Positions 1 through 8,757 of a stretch of DNA of 20,000 bases are shown piece by piece. The stretch is from positions 51,717,325 through 51,737,324 of the forward strand of contig NC_057728.1 in NCBI RefSeq assembly GCF_004010195.1, in the 5' to 3' direction. The DNA comes from Chiloscyllium plagiosum (taxonomy: Eukaryota). Within the stretch, counting starts at the first letter, position 1. Each line of letters starts with the position of its first letter. Under the pieces are notes generated by a model. It had not been told where the DNA came from and ran no database searches. It saw only the letters and a list, made by a program, of their open reading frames with translations. The position numbers were made by a program, and so were the translations under genes.

Positions 1-152
1 AATATCTAGGTAACGCTGCTGAGGTTTAGGGAACAACAAACTAAAATTATTGATGTTTTTATTTTGTTCCATACTTTAAGCCTGTTTATTAAAAGTTAGG
101 TTTAGTGCTGAGACCAAGAAAGATAGAAAAAACAATCTGAGCAGTTTTTTTT

Positions 153-530
153 TTAGATTAGATTAGATTAGATTAGATTAGATTACATTACAGTGTGGAA
201 ACAGGCCCTTCGGCCCAACAAGTCCACACCGACCCGCCGAAGCGAAACCCACCCATACCCCTACATTTACCCCTTACCTAACACTACGGGCAATTTAGCA
301 TGGCCAATTCACCTGACCCTGCACATCTTTTGGACTGTGGGAGGAAACCGGAGCACCTGGAGGAAACCCACACAGACACGGGGAGAACGTGCAAACTCCA
401 CACAGTCAGTCGCCTGAGGCGGGAATTGAACCCGGGTCTCAGGCACTGTGAGGCAGCAGTGCTAACCACTGTGCCACCGTGCCGCCCACTGTGCCACGGT
501 GCCGCCCACCTGTGCCACCGTGCCGCCCAC
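153..530 (-). mobile_element. HE1-type tRNA-derived SINE (V-SINE group), full length and young, with (TCTAA)n tail
   Basis: On the minus strand: head GGGCGGCACGGTGGCACAGTGGTTAGCACTG with A-box, B-box GGTTCAATTCC (422-432), central domain ...GTTTGCACGTTCTCCCCGTGTCTG..., CR1-like tail and a repeat reading (TTAGA)n on + at 153-185. Confidence 0.9.
467..530. repeat. Three tandem 20-21 bp copies of CACTGTGCCACCGTGCCGCC (SINE 5' end)
   Basis: Units at 467-486, 487-506 and 507-527, plus a partial CAC. Confidence 0.9.
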
Positions 531-1025
531 ATTCTTGAATATGCATTCTTGAATATTGATATAAACATGAGGAAGGAGTAAAACATACAGCTTATTCAAT
601 GATTTTTGTTTGTGATTTCTGATTTTTTTTTTAATATTTAACAGGGGTCCAATTTAAAGGAAGGATTGACACCAGTTTTAAGTGTTCTTACAGAATGTTG
701 CAGGGTGCACAGAGATATGAGAAAATATATCCGTTCACGGGTAAGGACTTGAAAAGTTCATAAGGGAAAGAACATGATTCATTCTTTTTCTTTGTGGTAG
801 AAGCTGCTAGAAATAAGTCTTGAATGCCATCTTGTTGCCACCTGGATAATTTTATCTACATTGTTTATTATTTGGAAAGCTGGAAGGTGGACATGCATTT
901 AAAATCTTCAAGAGCATCCCAGAGATGCATTTTTTCCCCAATTTAATGTTTGTCCATTGGATGAATGTGTCAATGTGGTGCATCCTTACCTGTCCAGGGG
1001 GTGGTCAATGGTCATATTTATGTGG

Positions 1026-1147
1026 AAAAAGTGAGGTCTGCAGATGCTGGAGATCAGAGTCGAGAATGTGGTGCTGGAAAAGCACAGGAGGTCAGGCAGC
1101 ATCCGAGGAACAGGAATTCCTGATGAAGGGCTTATATCCGAAACATT
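1026..1147. mobile_element. Short Penelope-like terminal repeat remnant (one arm plus a hammerhead-like core)
   Basis: 1027-1115 is a close reverse complement of 7762-7852. It is followed by CTGATGAAGGGCTTATATCCGAAAC, matching 7729-7753 in the same orientation. Family assignment is from recognition, not a search. Confidence 0.65.
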
Positions 1148-1420
1148 ACAGCCAGTCTCAATACCAGAAATTTGGCTGTTTGTGCTACGTTCCCGTGAGA
1201 ATCCATCACCCCCTACATTATCCAAAACAGCATAGCTGTTTGAAATGGGTATATCCACAAAAGACTCCATGCCTTAGGTGCCTACCTCTCTTACCCTTCC
1301 TGGAGGTAACCCATCTATGTGACTGTATCTGAGACTTCCCCCCTTCCTATAACTGCCATCCATCACATACTATTGCAAATTCGTCATCGCTTCTATCTGT
1401 CTCTCCAACCGATCCACTCG

Positions 1421-1481
1421 ATTAGATTAGATTAGATTACTTACAGTGTGGAAACAGGCCCTTCGGCCCAACAAGTCCACA
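1421..1481 (-). mobile_element. 5'-truncated HE1 SINE tail nested in the CR1 ORF1
   Basis: (TTAGA)n plus CAGTGTGGAAACAGGCCCTTCGGCCCAACAAGTCCACA, identical to 191-228. Confidence 0.88.
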
Positions 1482-1864
1482 TGGCAGATATAATCCGCAG
1501 TAACCCTTAAACTCTCTTTAAACTCCCACATCTGACAAGAAGTACATATCACTGCAAAGGCCATTTTTGCTCCTTCACAATCTACAGACCCAGAAAATAA
1601 CACTGTCTTATTCCTCTACAAAACACTGCACCATGTTAAATTAATAGCTGTAGCTCATATTTTAAGTTTAATCAAGATACTTAACTCCAAAAAACATATA
1701 ATCAAGAAAGAACCCACTGTACTCACTAATACAGCCTTTCTTTTGGACAGATTTAAAACAACAATTAGCTTATCTGATTCTGTGTTGTGAACTTCACTCA
1801 AATCGGTTCCTCCAAGATTAGTTGTGAAATTCATTGTTTGTTAATTTTCCCACATGCACTCCGA

Positions 1865-1874
1865 TCTCTCTCTC

Positions 1875-1924
<50 letters not shown>
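1865..1924. repeat. (TC)n microsatellite
   Basis: About 30 TC units with one TG interruption. Confidence 0.97.
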
Positions 1925-1925
<1 letters not shown>

Positions 1926-2938
1926 ACGTTTCTTCCACAGTTCCAAAACAATGCACCGGCATATACAACAGTACTTGCTGCTCCTGGAATTCGAGGAAAT
2001 CACCTCCAGCACCTAAAATACCTCAACAAAGGGAGCAGCTCTTACACCCAGAAATTTTTCCCTTCCTCCATCTTTAAAAGAAGTTTTTTTCCTTTTTTTG
2101 TTCTTTTGCCAGCCCCTTTATACCTTCTTATGTTGTTCTTGATCTTTTTTCCAAGGAGAAAATTTTCTCTCTCTATCTAGACTCTCATGGTTTTGAATCC
2201 CAACCCCCCCCATCAAACCTCCATTCACCCTTTTCCAAGGGGATCAACCCCCAACTTGGCTCGTCTGTCTACAAAGAATACAGCAATAAATGCAACCAAA
2301 CTTTATATCAGGCTTTTAGAATTTCTAGTTTTGAAATATTGTCCTCATGAAAATGAAATCATTTTATTGAATCTGCAAACTATGAAACGAAAATAATCAA
2401 GTGAAGACAGACTAGGCAGGGAATATGGAGTCTTTATATATCAGCCATCACACATCTCCAAATGCCCAGTTACACAGCAACAGATGAGAATAATGGTGCA
2501 GAAATGCAAAGATATTGGAACCCAGAGTAAAGTTAAGTGTTTGTATTTTCTGCTCTTTCAAGTAATATTAGAACTCCAAGCAGGACCTCCACTGCATGTA
2601 TGAGAATTGTATTTGGGGTCTTTTTAAATGTAATGAGCTATTAGTATAAATACAGATTCCTTTTTTAAAATTAATTTGTCAGTTGTGCTTAATATCTGAT
2701 TTAATTTAAATTGTTTGACATGCAGTTAAACTCATATCACCGAGTGAGTGAGCTACCATTGAATTTAGTTGCAGTGAGTTTGTTTGTACTTTCCTGGATG
2801 GCATTGTCACTGGCTAGGCAAGCATTTGTTGCCCATTCTAATTACCCTTGAGGGTTCTGACCGTGTGTGTTGAAAGTTATTCATGTACTCTAATGTGTCT
2901 CAGTATTTTCTAACCTGAAACCATTTTTACATTGGCAG

Positions 2939-3083
2939 GTCCTACCTCCTTTGAAAGATGTAAAGAATCGTCCAGAAATTGGCACCACTCTTCGAAATAA
3001 GCTGGTTCGCCTCATGACCCACATTGACACTGGAGTGAAACACACTTCAGCAGAGTTCCTGTTTGTACTGTGCAAAGAGAGTG
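2939..3083 (+). CDS. RIC8B: RIC8B (synembryn-B) internal coding exon, 145 nt, phase 0 to 1 (probably equivalent to mammalian exon 7)
   Basis: Acceptor ttttacattggcag| and donor |gtgagt. Translates to [48 protein letters not shown], recognisable as the RIC8 armadillo-region motif [28 protein letters not shown]. Confidence 0.95.
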
Positions 3084-3299
3084 GTGAGTGGTAGCCAGAC
3101 TTTTATTGTGGGAGGGGGCTCACAAATTTAGTTCCTGACCAACATGATATTGATTAGTAAATTTTATTAAACTGTGATGGAAGAGCAACATCTCGTCACA
3201 AACTATTTCTGAAAGTATTAAAATATACTGTGCATACTTTCAGCCAACTGCTTTCACTGAAAATATCAGATGTAAACTTATCACACTGTAATCACTCCC

Positions 3300-3590
3300 A
3301 GGATCACAGATTTTACATACAGGAGGCCACTTAGCCCATCCTGTCTGCACTGGCTCTTTCAATGATAAATTCACTTACTGCCATTCCTCTGCCTTTTATC
3401 CACGTTCTTCCTTTTCACATAACAACCACTTGAATCTCTGCCTCTGCCACAATTTTAGGCAGTGAATTCCAGATCCTAGCAATTCACTCTGTGAAAAGTT
3501 TTATCTTCAAATCACCTTTGCTTCATTTACTGACTACTTTAAATCCATGCATTCTTGTTCTTGATCTTTTCTGAATGGAAACAGTTTCTC
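3300..3590 (-). mobile_element. Old CR1-type LINE 3' end relic
   Basis: Degenerate match to the CR1 3' end at 4861-5120 (caggaggccacttagcccatc..., ggcagtgaattccagatcc..., actctgtgaaaagtt). Confidence 0.55.
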
Positions 3591-3805
3591 CCAGGTGTCT
3601 TCGAATTTTTCTATACCACCAATGGTATATATGACTACAGTGCCTTGATTTTACATAGGGTAATACAGCACCGATGGGTCATTTGGGCTATTCTGGTGTG
3701 CCAGTTCTTTTAAAGACCTATCCATTTAAATCCCATTCACTTGCTCTTTCCCTCGGCCTTGAATCTCCTAGCTTCTCAAAATGCACTTTAGAAACGCTCT
3801 CAATT

Positions 3806-3930
3806 CTGTGGAGATGAGCGAGAGTTCCGAAGAAAGATCACTGGACCTGAAACGTTAACTCTGCTTTCTCTCCACAGACGCTGCTGGACCTGCTGAGATT
3901 TTCCAGCAATTTCTGTATTTGTTTCTGATG
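3806..3930 (+). mobile_element. Penelope-like terminal repeat remnant with hammerhead motif
   Basis: GAAGAAAGATCACTGGACCTGAAACGTT followed by ...gctgctggacctgctgagattttccagcaat..., homologous to 7729-7810. Confidence 0.6.
3821..3862 (+). ncRNA. Minimal type I hammerhead ribozyme-like motif (variant core)
   Basis: Stem I AGAGTT (3821-26) / AACTCT (3857-62); core CCGAAGA (CUGANGA with U4C); extra A; stem II AGATC-ACTG-GACCT with one mismatch; GAAAC; GTT triplet. Confidence 0.55.
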
Positions 3931-3974
3931 ATCAGCTGCTGGTGGTTGATGGCTGTTCTGCTCTGCTTCAGTTT

Positions 3975-4155
3975 TTTGTGCCATGGAATCTTTTACATTG
4001 ACTGAGAATGATAAATGGAGCCTTAGTTTAATGCTTCAATAGAAAGATTGTATCACTGACTCTTGCAGCCAAGACTGACAGCTTGATTCCACCACGGAGC
4101 TTGAACACTGTTTTCTAGTTTAGTTTAAAGTGCTGCCAACTGAACCGAATTGACA
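3975..4155 (-). mobile_element. Ancient tRNA-headed SINE relic, Deu-SINE-like (SacSINE1/AmnSINE1-type central domain)
   Basis: ggaatcttttacattgactgag...ggagccttagtttaatgcttcaatagaaagat resembles the Deu domain; ggagcttgaac...gtgctgccaactgaacc resembles a reversed tRNA head. Heavily decayed. Confidence 0.45.
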
Positions 4156-4627
4156 TTTTTAGTGATGTTGTTAAATGGCAAAACAAAAATCAATGCTTTG
4201 AGGAGAGATATTTAAACAATGGGCAATAAACCAGAACATACTTCCATCAATCTTTCAGGAAGAGGATTTTGTAGTAACTTTTGGATAAATACTTGCTGGT
4301 CTTTGGGAAAAGAACAGCAGAGTTGGACTAATTGGGTGGCTCTTTCAAGGAGACTGCACAGTCTTGTCGAGTAAAATGGTCTCCTGTAATTCATTTTATG
4401 AACAAATAAATTATTAGTTACTAATGGTATGGAAACCATATGAACTTTACCTTTCGAATGGTTTGCCTATGTATGCTAGTGAAAGGTAGTGGCAGTACAA
4501 AAACATTTCATTTACTGTCTTCATTCCAAAGGATGACATTTTGTGCTAACTATTTCTTCATTTTATATTTGGAAAATGCATCTCCTGGGTGATGTATAAC
4601 TTATTGGTGAATGTTGCACTCTTCCAG

Positions 4628-4772
4628 TTGATTGCTTATTAAAGTACACTGGCTATGGTAATGCTGCGGGGCTACTTGCTGCACACGGGCTACTGGCTGG
4701 AGGGAGAGGCGATGGTCAGTATTCTGAAGATGAGGACACTGATACCGAAGAATACAAAAGTGTCAAATCTTT
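4628..4772 (+). CDS. RIC8B: RIC8B internal coding exon, 145 nt, phase 1 to 2 (probably exon 8)
   Basis: Acceptor cactcttccag| and donor |gtaagt. Translates to (V)[47 protein letters not shown](F), containing the RIC8 signature [13 protein letters not shown] and the acidic [11 protein letters not shown]2-site motif. Confidence 0.96.
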
Positions 4773-4860
4773 GTAAGTTTCTTCTCAAACTGGCACGATA
4801 ATGTAAGTACTTTGAAGCCTTTGTGCTTGCAATATAAAGAGGACTGGTGGCTGGCACATC

Positions 4861-6067
4861 CATAGAGTCATAGAGCTGTACAGCACGGAAACAGACTCTT
4901 CGGTCCAAACCGTCCATGCCGACCAGATATCCCAACCCAAACTAGTCCCACCAACCAGCACTGGGCCCATATCCCTCCAAACCCTTCCTATTCATATATC
5001 CATCCGAATGCCTCTTAAATGTTGCAATTGTACCAGCCTCCACCACTTCCTCTGGCAGCTCATTCCATACACGTACCACCCTCTGCGTGAAAAAGTTGCC
5101 CCTTAGGTCTCTTTTATTTCNNNNNNNNNNNNNNNNNNNNNNNNNNNNNNNNNNNNNNNNNNNNNNNNNNNNNNNNNNNNNNNNNNNNNNNNNNNNNNNN
5201 NNNNNNNNNNNNNNNNNNNNNNNNNNNNNNNNNNNNNNNNNNNNNNNNNNNNNNNNNNNNNNNNNNNNNNNNNNNNNNNNNNNNNNNNNNNNNNNNNNNN
5301 NNNNNNNNNNNNNNNNNNNNNNNNNNNNNNNNNNNNNNNNNNNNNNNNNNNNNNNNNNNNNNNNNNNNNNNNNNNNNNNNNNNNNNNNNNNNNNNNNNNN
5401 NNNNNNNNNNNNNNNNNCATTGGCCCATCTGGTCAAGATCCTGTTGTATTCTGAGGTAACCCTCTTCGCTGTGCACTACACCTCCAATTTTGGTGTCATC
5501 TGCAAACTTACTAACTGTACCTCTTATGCTCGCATCCAAATCATTTATGTAAATGACAAAAAGTAGAGGACCCAGCACCGATCCTTGTGGCACTCCACTG
5601 GTCACAGGCCTCCAGTCTGAGAAACAACCCTCCACCACCACCCTCTGCCTCTACCTTTGAGCCAGTTCTGTATCCAAATGGCTAGTTCTCCCTGTATTCT
5701 GTGAGATCTGACCTTGCTAACCAGCCTCCCTTGCTAACCTTGTTGAACTCCTTACTGAAGTCCATATAGATCACATCTACTGCTCTGCCCTCATTAATCC
5801 TCTTTGTTACTTCTTCAAAAACCTCAATCAAGTTTGTGAGACATGATTTCCCATGTACAAAGCCATGTTGACTATCCCTAATCAGTCCTTGCCTTTCCAA
5901 ATACATGTACATCCTGTCCCTCAGGATTTCCTCCAACAACTTGCCCACCACTGACATCAGATTCACTGGCCTATAGTTCCCTGGCTTGTCCTTCCCACCC
6001 TTCTTAAACAGTGGCACCACGTTAGCCAACCTCCAGTCTTCCGGCACCTCACCTGTGACTATCGATG
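4861..6067 (-). mobile_element. Young 5'-truncated CR1 LINE (HER1-like), RT region and 3' UTR, interrupted by an N gap
   Basis: Minus-strand ORFs PEDWRLANVVPLFKKG...NYRPV...QHGF...SCLTNL...DFSK, SGVPQGSVLGPLLF...FADDTK and FFTQRVVRVWNELP; short tandem tail catagagtcatagag at 4861. Confidence 0.93.
5121..5417. other. Assembly gap (297 N)
   Basis: Run of N. Confidence 1.
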
Positions 6068-6221
6068 ACTATCCAGAAGAAAGTGGATGAAGATATCAAC
6101 AGGGGAGGGAGCTGTTTTATTTCTGCTGCCGTTTTAAGAAAATTAACTCTTGTGTTATTTGGAATCAAGTGCATGTAATGTCAGTTTGCTAGGTGGTGAC
6201 TGTTTATCATTTGATTTCCAG

Positions 6222-6341
6222 TATTAACCCCATCACTGGTCATGTGGAAGATCCAATGCCCAATCCAATGGATGGAATGACAGAGGAACAAAAAGAGTAT
6301 GAAGCGATGAAACTCGTCAATATGTTTGACAAGCTGTCCAG
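6222..6341 (+). CDS. RIC8B: RIC8B internal coding exon, 120 nt, symmetric phase 2 to 2 (probably exon 9)
   Basis: Acceptor tttgatttccag| and donor |gtaacg. Translates to [39 protein letters not shown](R), the conserved RIC8 C-terminal G-alpha-binding segment. Confidence 0.96.
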
Positions 6342-6409
6342 GTAACGTGATCATTTCTTCCTGATATTGCTGCTTATAACACAAGGCAATATCAGGTTTC
6401 ATTAGTGGG

Positions 6410-6700
6410 TAAAAACCTAGTATCGGGGGACAGAGTTTAAAAATTAATGGGTATGCCATTTAAGATGGAAACAAGAAACGTTTTTTTGAGGGTCAAGTGT
6501 TTTTGTAACTCTCTTCACCAGAGAGTAGTGAAGTGGGATCATTGAGTATTTTTAAGGTAGAGGTAGACTGGCTCCTTTGTTAATCAAGAGTCTGTTGCTG
6601 TCAGGATAAGCAGGAATGTGGAGTTGAAGACGCAATCATGTAAGTCATATACTTATTAAACAACAGAACAGGCTTGATAAACTGAGTGGCCTACCATCAT
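6410..6700 (+). mobile_element. Old CR1 LINE 3' end relic
   Basis: Degenerate ...atttaagatggaaac...gagggtcaagtgtttttgtaactctcttcaccagagagtagtg...tatttttaaggtagaggtagac..., matching the CR1 ORF2 end and 3' UTR. Confidence 0.6.
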
Positions 6701-7063
6701 ATCTTTGTATACATTATTTGATCAGCAATATGCCTCCTATTCCAGTATTGAAAGCATATTTGTCAGACTTTACTTATTTTCCCACTAAGGTTTTGACCAG
6801 TATCATGTTCTCCTTTACCTGTTTACACTCATTGCTCATATTTGCTGGACTGTATTTGGCTGTTTTCCTTGATTGTTATGATAGTCCAATGCAGTGCTAT
6901 TTTTTTCTGGTGTGACCGTGTTTTCATGCTTCAGACTTAGCGTCACCATGAGATGGTGAACCTTCAGTATTTGAACAGAGTTGGTTGGGGCTTGTTGAGT
7001 AGTGGTAACAAAGGTGAAAGAAATTAAGTATACTCCTGATCTCCGGCTCCATGCAAAACACCA

Positions 7064-7281
7064 TCCCCATTCCAAAGATGTACAGATTGGGTGGATTGGC
7101 CATGCTAAATTGCCCATAGTGTCCCGGGATGGTAGTTTAGGTGAGTTAGCAATGGGAAGTGCAAGGTTCCAGGGATAGGGTAAAGGGGTGTGGGTCTGGG
7201 TGGGATACTCTTTGGAAGATCAGTATGGACACGATGGACCAAACAGCCTGCTTCCACATTGTAGGGATTCTATGATTCTAT
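7064..7281 (+). mobile_element. HE1 SINE, 3' half
   Basis: tccaaagatgtacag...ggattggccatgctaaattgccc... and tail gcctgcttccacattgtagggattctatgattcta; reverse-complement homologous to 190-340. Confidence 0.85.
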
Positions 7282-7701
7282 CTGTCTATCCCTTCAGACA
7301 CATCCCTCTCCATCTTGCCCTCCCTTAGCCAACCATTCTATCTCTTCCTCCTTAATCCGCAACCTGTCCATTTCTGTTGTGAGTCAGTTGATGAAAAGTT
7401 GCCCAGAATGAACATTTCATACTGACTTTCTCACAGCAGGAAATTGGGCATCGGTAACCAGGCAATTAGGCTACACACACCCAGTGGAAAAAACGATGAG
7501 CAATTCGAAAGCTGTCACAGCCATTAGAAATCAGTCCAAGTTCCACGGCAGCCATTGCTGTTTCGGTGCTCAGGACCCCAAAATCTTATATTGCAACCCC
7601 ATTGGGTATCTCAACGCACATTTTGGGAAACAATGTTTCAACACAATTAATATAGACAACAGGTTTCCCTTTTATTTGGTCAAATCGACTTCGAACTTCT
7701 T

Positions 7702-7855
7702 AGCCTGCTTGGCACACCCTCCTCATTCCTGAAGAAGGGCTTATGCCCAAAACGTCGATTCTCCTGTTCCTTTGCTGCCTGACCTGCTGCGCTTTTCCAG
7801 CAACACATTTTTAAGCTCTGATCTCCAGCATCTGCAGTCCTCACTTTCTCCTTCA
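7702..7855 (+). mobile_element. Penelope-like terminal repeat with hammerhead-like core and candidate 9-bp target-site duplication
   Basis: CTGAAGAAGGGCTTATGCCCAAAACGTC at 7729-7756, then an arm inverted to 1027-1115; flanked by GAACTTCTT at 7693-7701 and 7856-7864. Confidence 0.7.
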
Positions 7856-8527
7856 GAACTTCTTTACCTATTTAGTACTAATACAGCTTGACTATGGGTG
7901 TGAGCAGGGGAGACTGAACTATTGGGTACTTTCCTTTCGCTGAACATGTGGCTGCCTGGGAACGTTGTGAAGATGGTTTTGCCTCTGCCTCTGGTGGAGA
8001 GAGACAGCTGTTTGAATCTTGCTGTTAGCGGAACTTGGCTGATAACGATAAAACTTGTGTTTATTTAGCACCTTGAGCTGCTTAACCTTTTGATTTATCC
8101 ATTTCATTCTGCCCAGTTAGTGAAGGAACACTAACTACTGGGGAACAAATTGGTATTTTGTGAGACGTGAAATTGATTAGGCGTTGTGGAAAGATAAAAT
8201 TAAAGCGAGCAGAGGAGGCTCAAAGATTGCTGCAGGAATTGAGGAAATAGCAAGAACCGCCAGAGTAACTGCAAAAAGGCAGCAATGGCAGGAAAGGAGT
8301 TACATAGCCCTTTTCCTGGCACATATCAGGTACTTGACTCCAGTGGATCACTTTCTGAAAAGCAAACACCATTTAAACATAGTATGGAGAAAATAATGAC
8401 ATATAAAGGGATTACAGACCTGGAGAGACAATGATAGGACTTGGGGTGCAACAGAATGAGAGAGTGCCAGTATGGATACTATAACTGATTCTATGATTCC
8501 ATGTGGACAGTGGGGAGAAGAGAGTGA

Positions 8528-8757
8528 GATTCCACCCTCGGGTGACTGTCTCTGTCTCTGTCTCTGTGAAGTCTGCACATTCTCCCCGTGTCTGTGTGGG
8601 TTTCCTCCCATGGTCCAGAGATGGATTAGCCATGCGAAATGCAGGGTTACGTGGATATGGTTCCAGGTTGGGATGCTCTTTGTGAGGTCAGTTGGACTTG
8701 ATGGGCCGAATGGCCTGCTTCCACACTGTTAAGGATTCTGTTCTATTCTATTCTAAT
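8528..8757 (+). mobile_element. HE1 SINE, 5'-truncated and internally deleted
   Basis: gtctgcacattctccccgtgtctgtgtgggtttcctcc... and tail gggccgaatggcctgcttccacactgt...(ttcta)n. Confidence 0.85.

Larger units (their letters stand above)
1148..2073 (-). mobile_element. CR1-group LINE 5' part (5' UTR and degenerate ORF1)
   Basis: Minus-strand ATG at 1564 reads MAFAVICTSCQMWEFKESLRVTADYIC (CxxC zinc-finger-like), then RVDRLERQIEAM (coiled coil) and ESFVDIPISNSYAVLDNVGGDG, typical of CR1 ORF1. It has stops and frameshifts; the 5' boundary is approximate. Confidence 0.7.

Noticed and set aside
420..490. tRNA gene
   Set aside because: The A and B boxes belong to the SINE head and run into SINE body sequence; I see no complete cloverleaf.
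467..530. CRISPR-like short repeats
   Set aside because: Head-to-tail repeats without spacers, in a vertebrate SINE.
193..586. Overlapping ORFs of 74-100 aa
   Set aside because: They lie entirely within an HE1 SINE; similar peptides (ending LNCP) recur at the other SINE copies.
1787..2180. ORFs with SL/ER repeats
   Set aside because: Translations of the (TC)n microsatellite.
4942..5641. Long ORFs crossing the first N gap
   Set aside because: Their length is an artefact of Ns; the real parts are CR1 RT.
6181..6459. Antisense ORFs over RIC8B exons (also 2890-3075, 4690-4935, 18506-18745)
   Set aside because: Shadows of the + strand exons with no recognisable protein features.
7494..7517. 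CGATGAGCAATTCGAAAGCTGTC as another hammerhead
   Set aside because: No CUGA core and no credible stem II or stem I.
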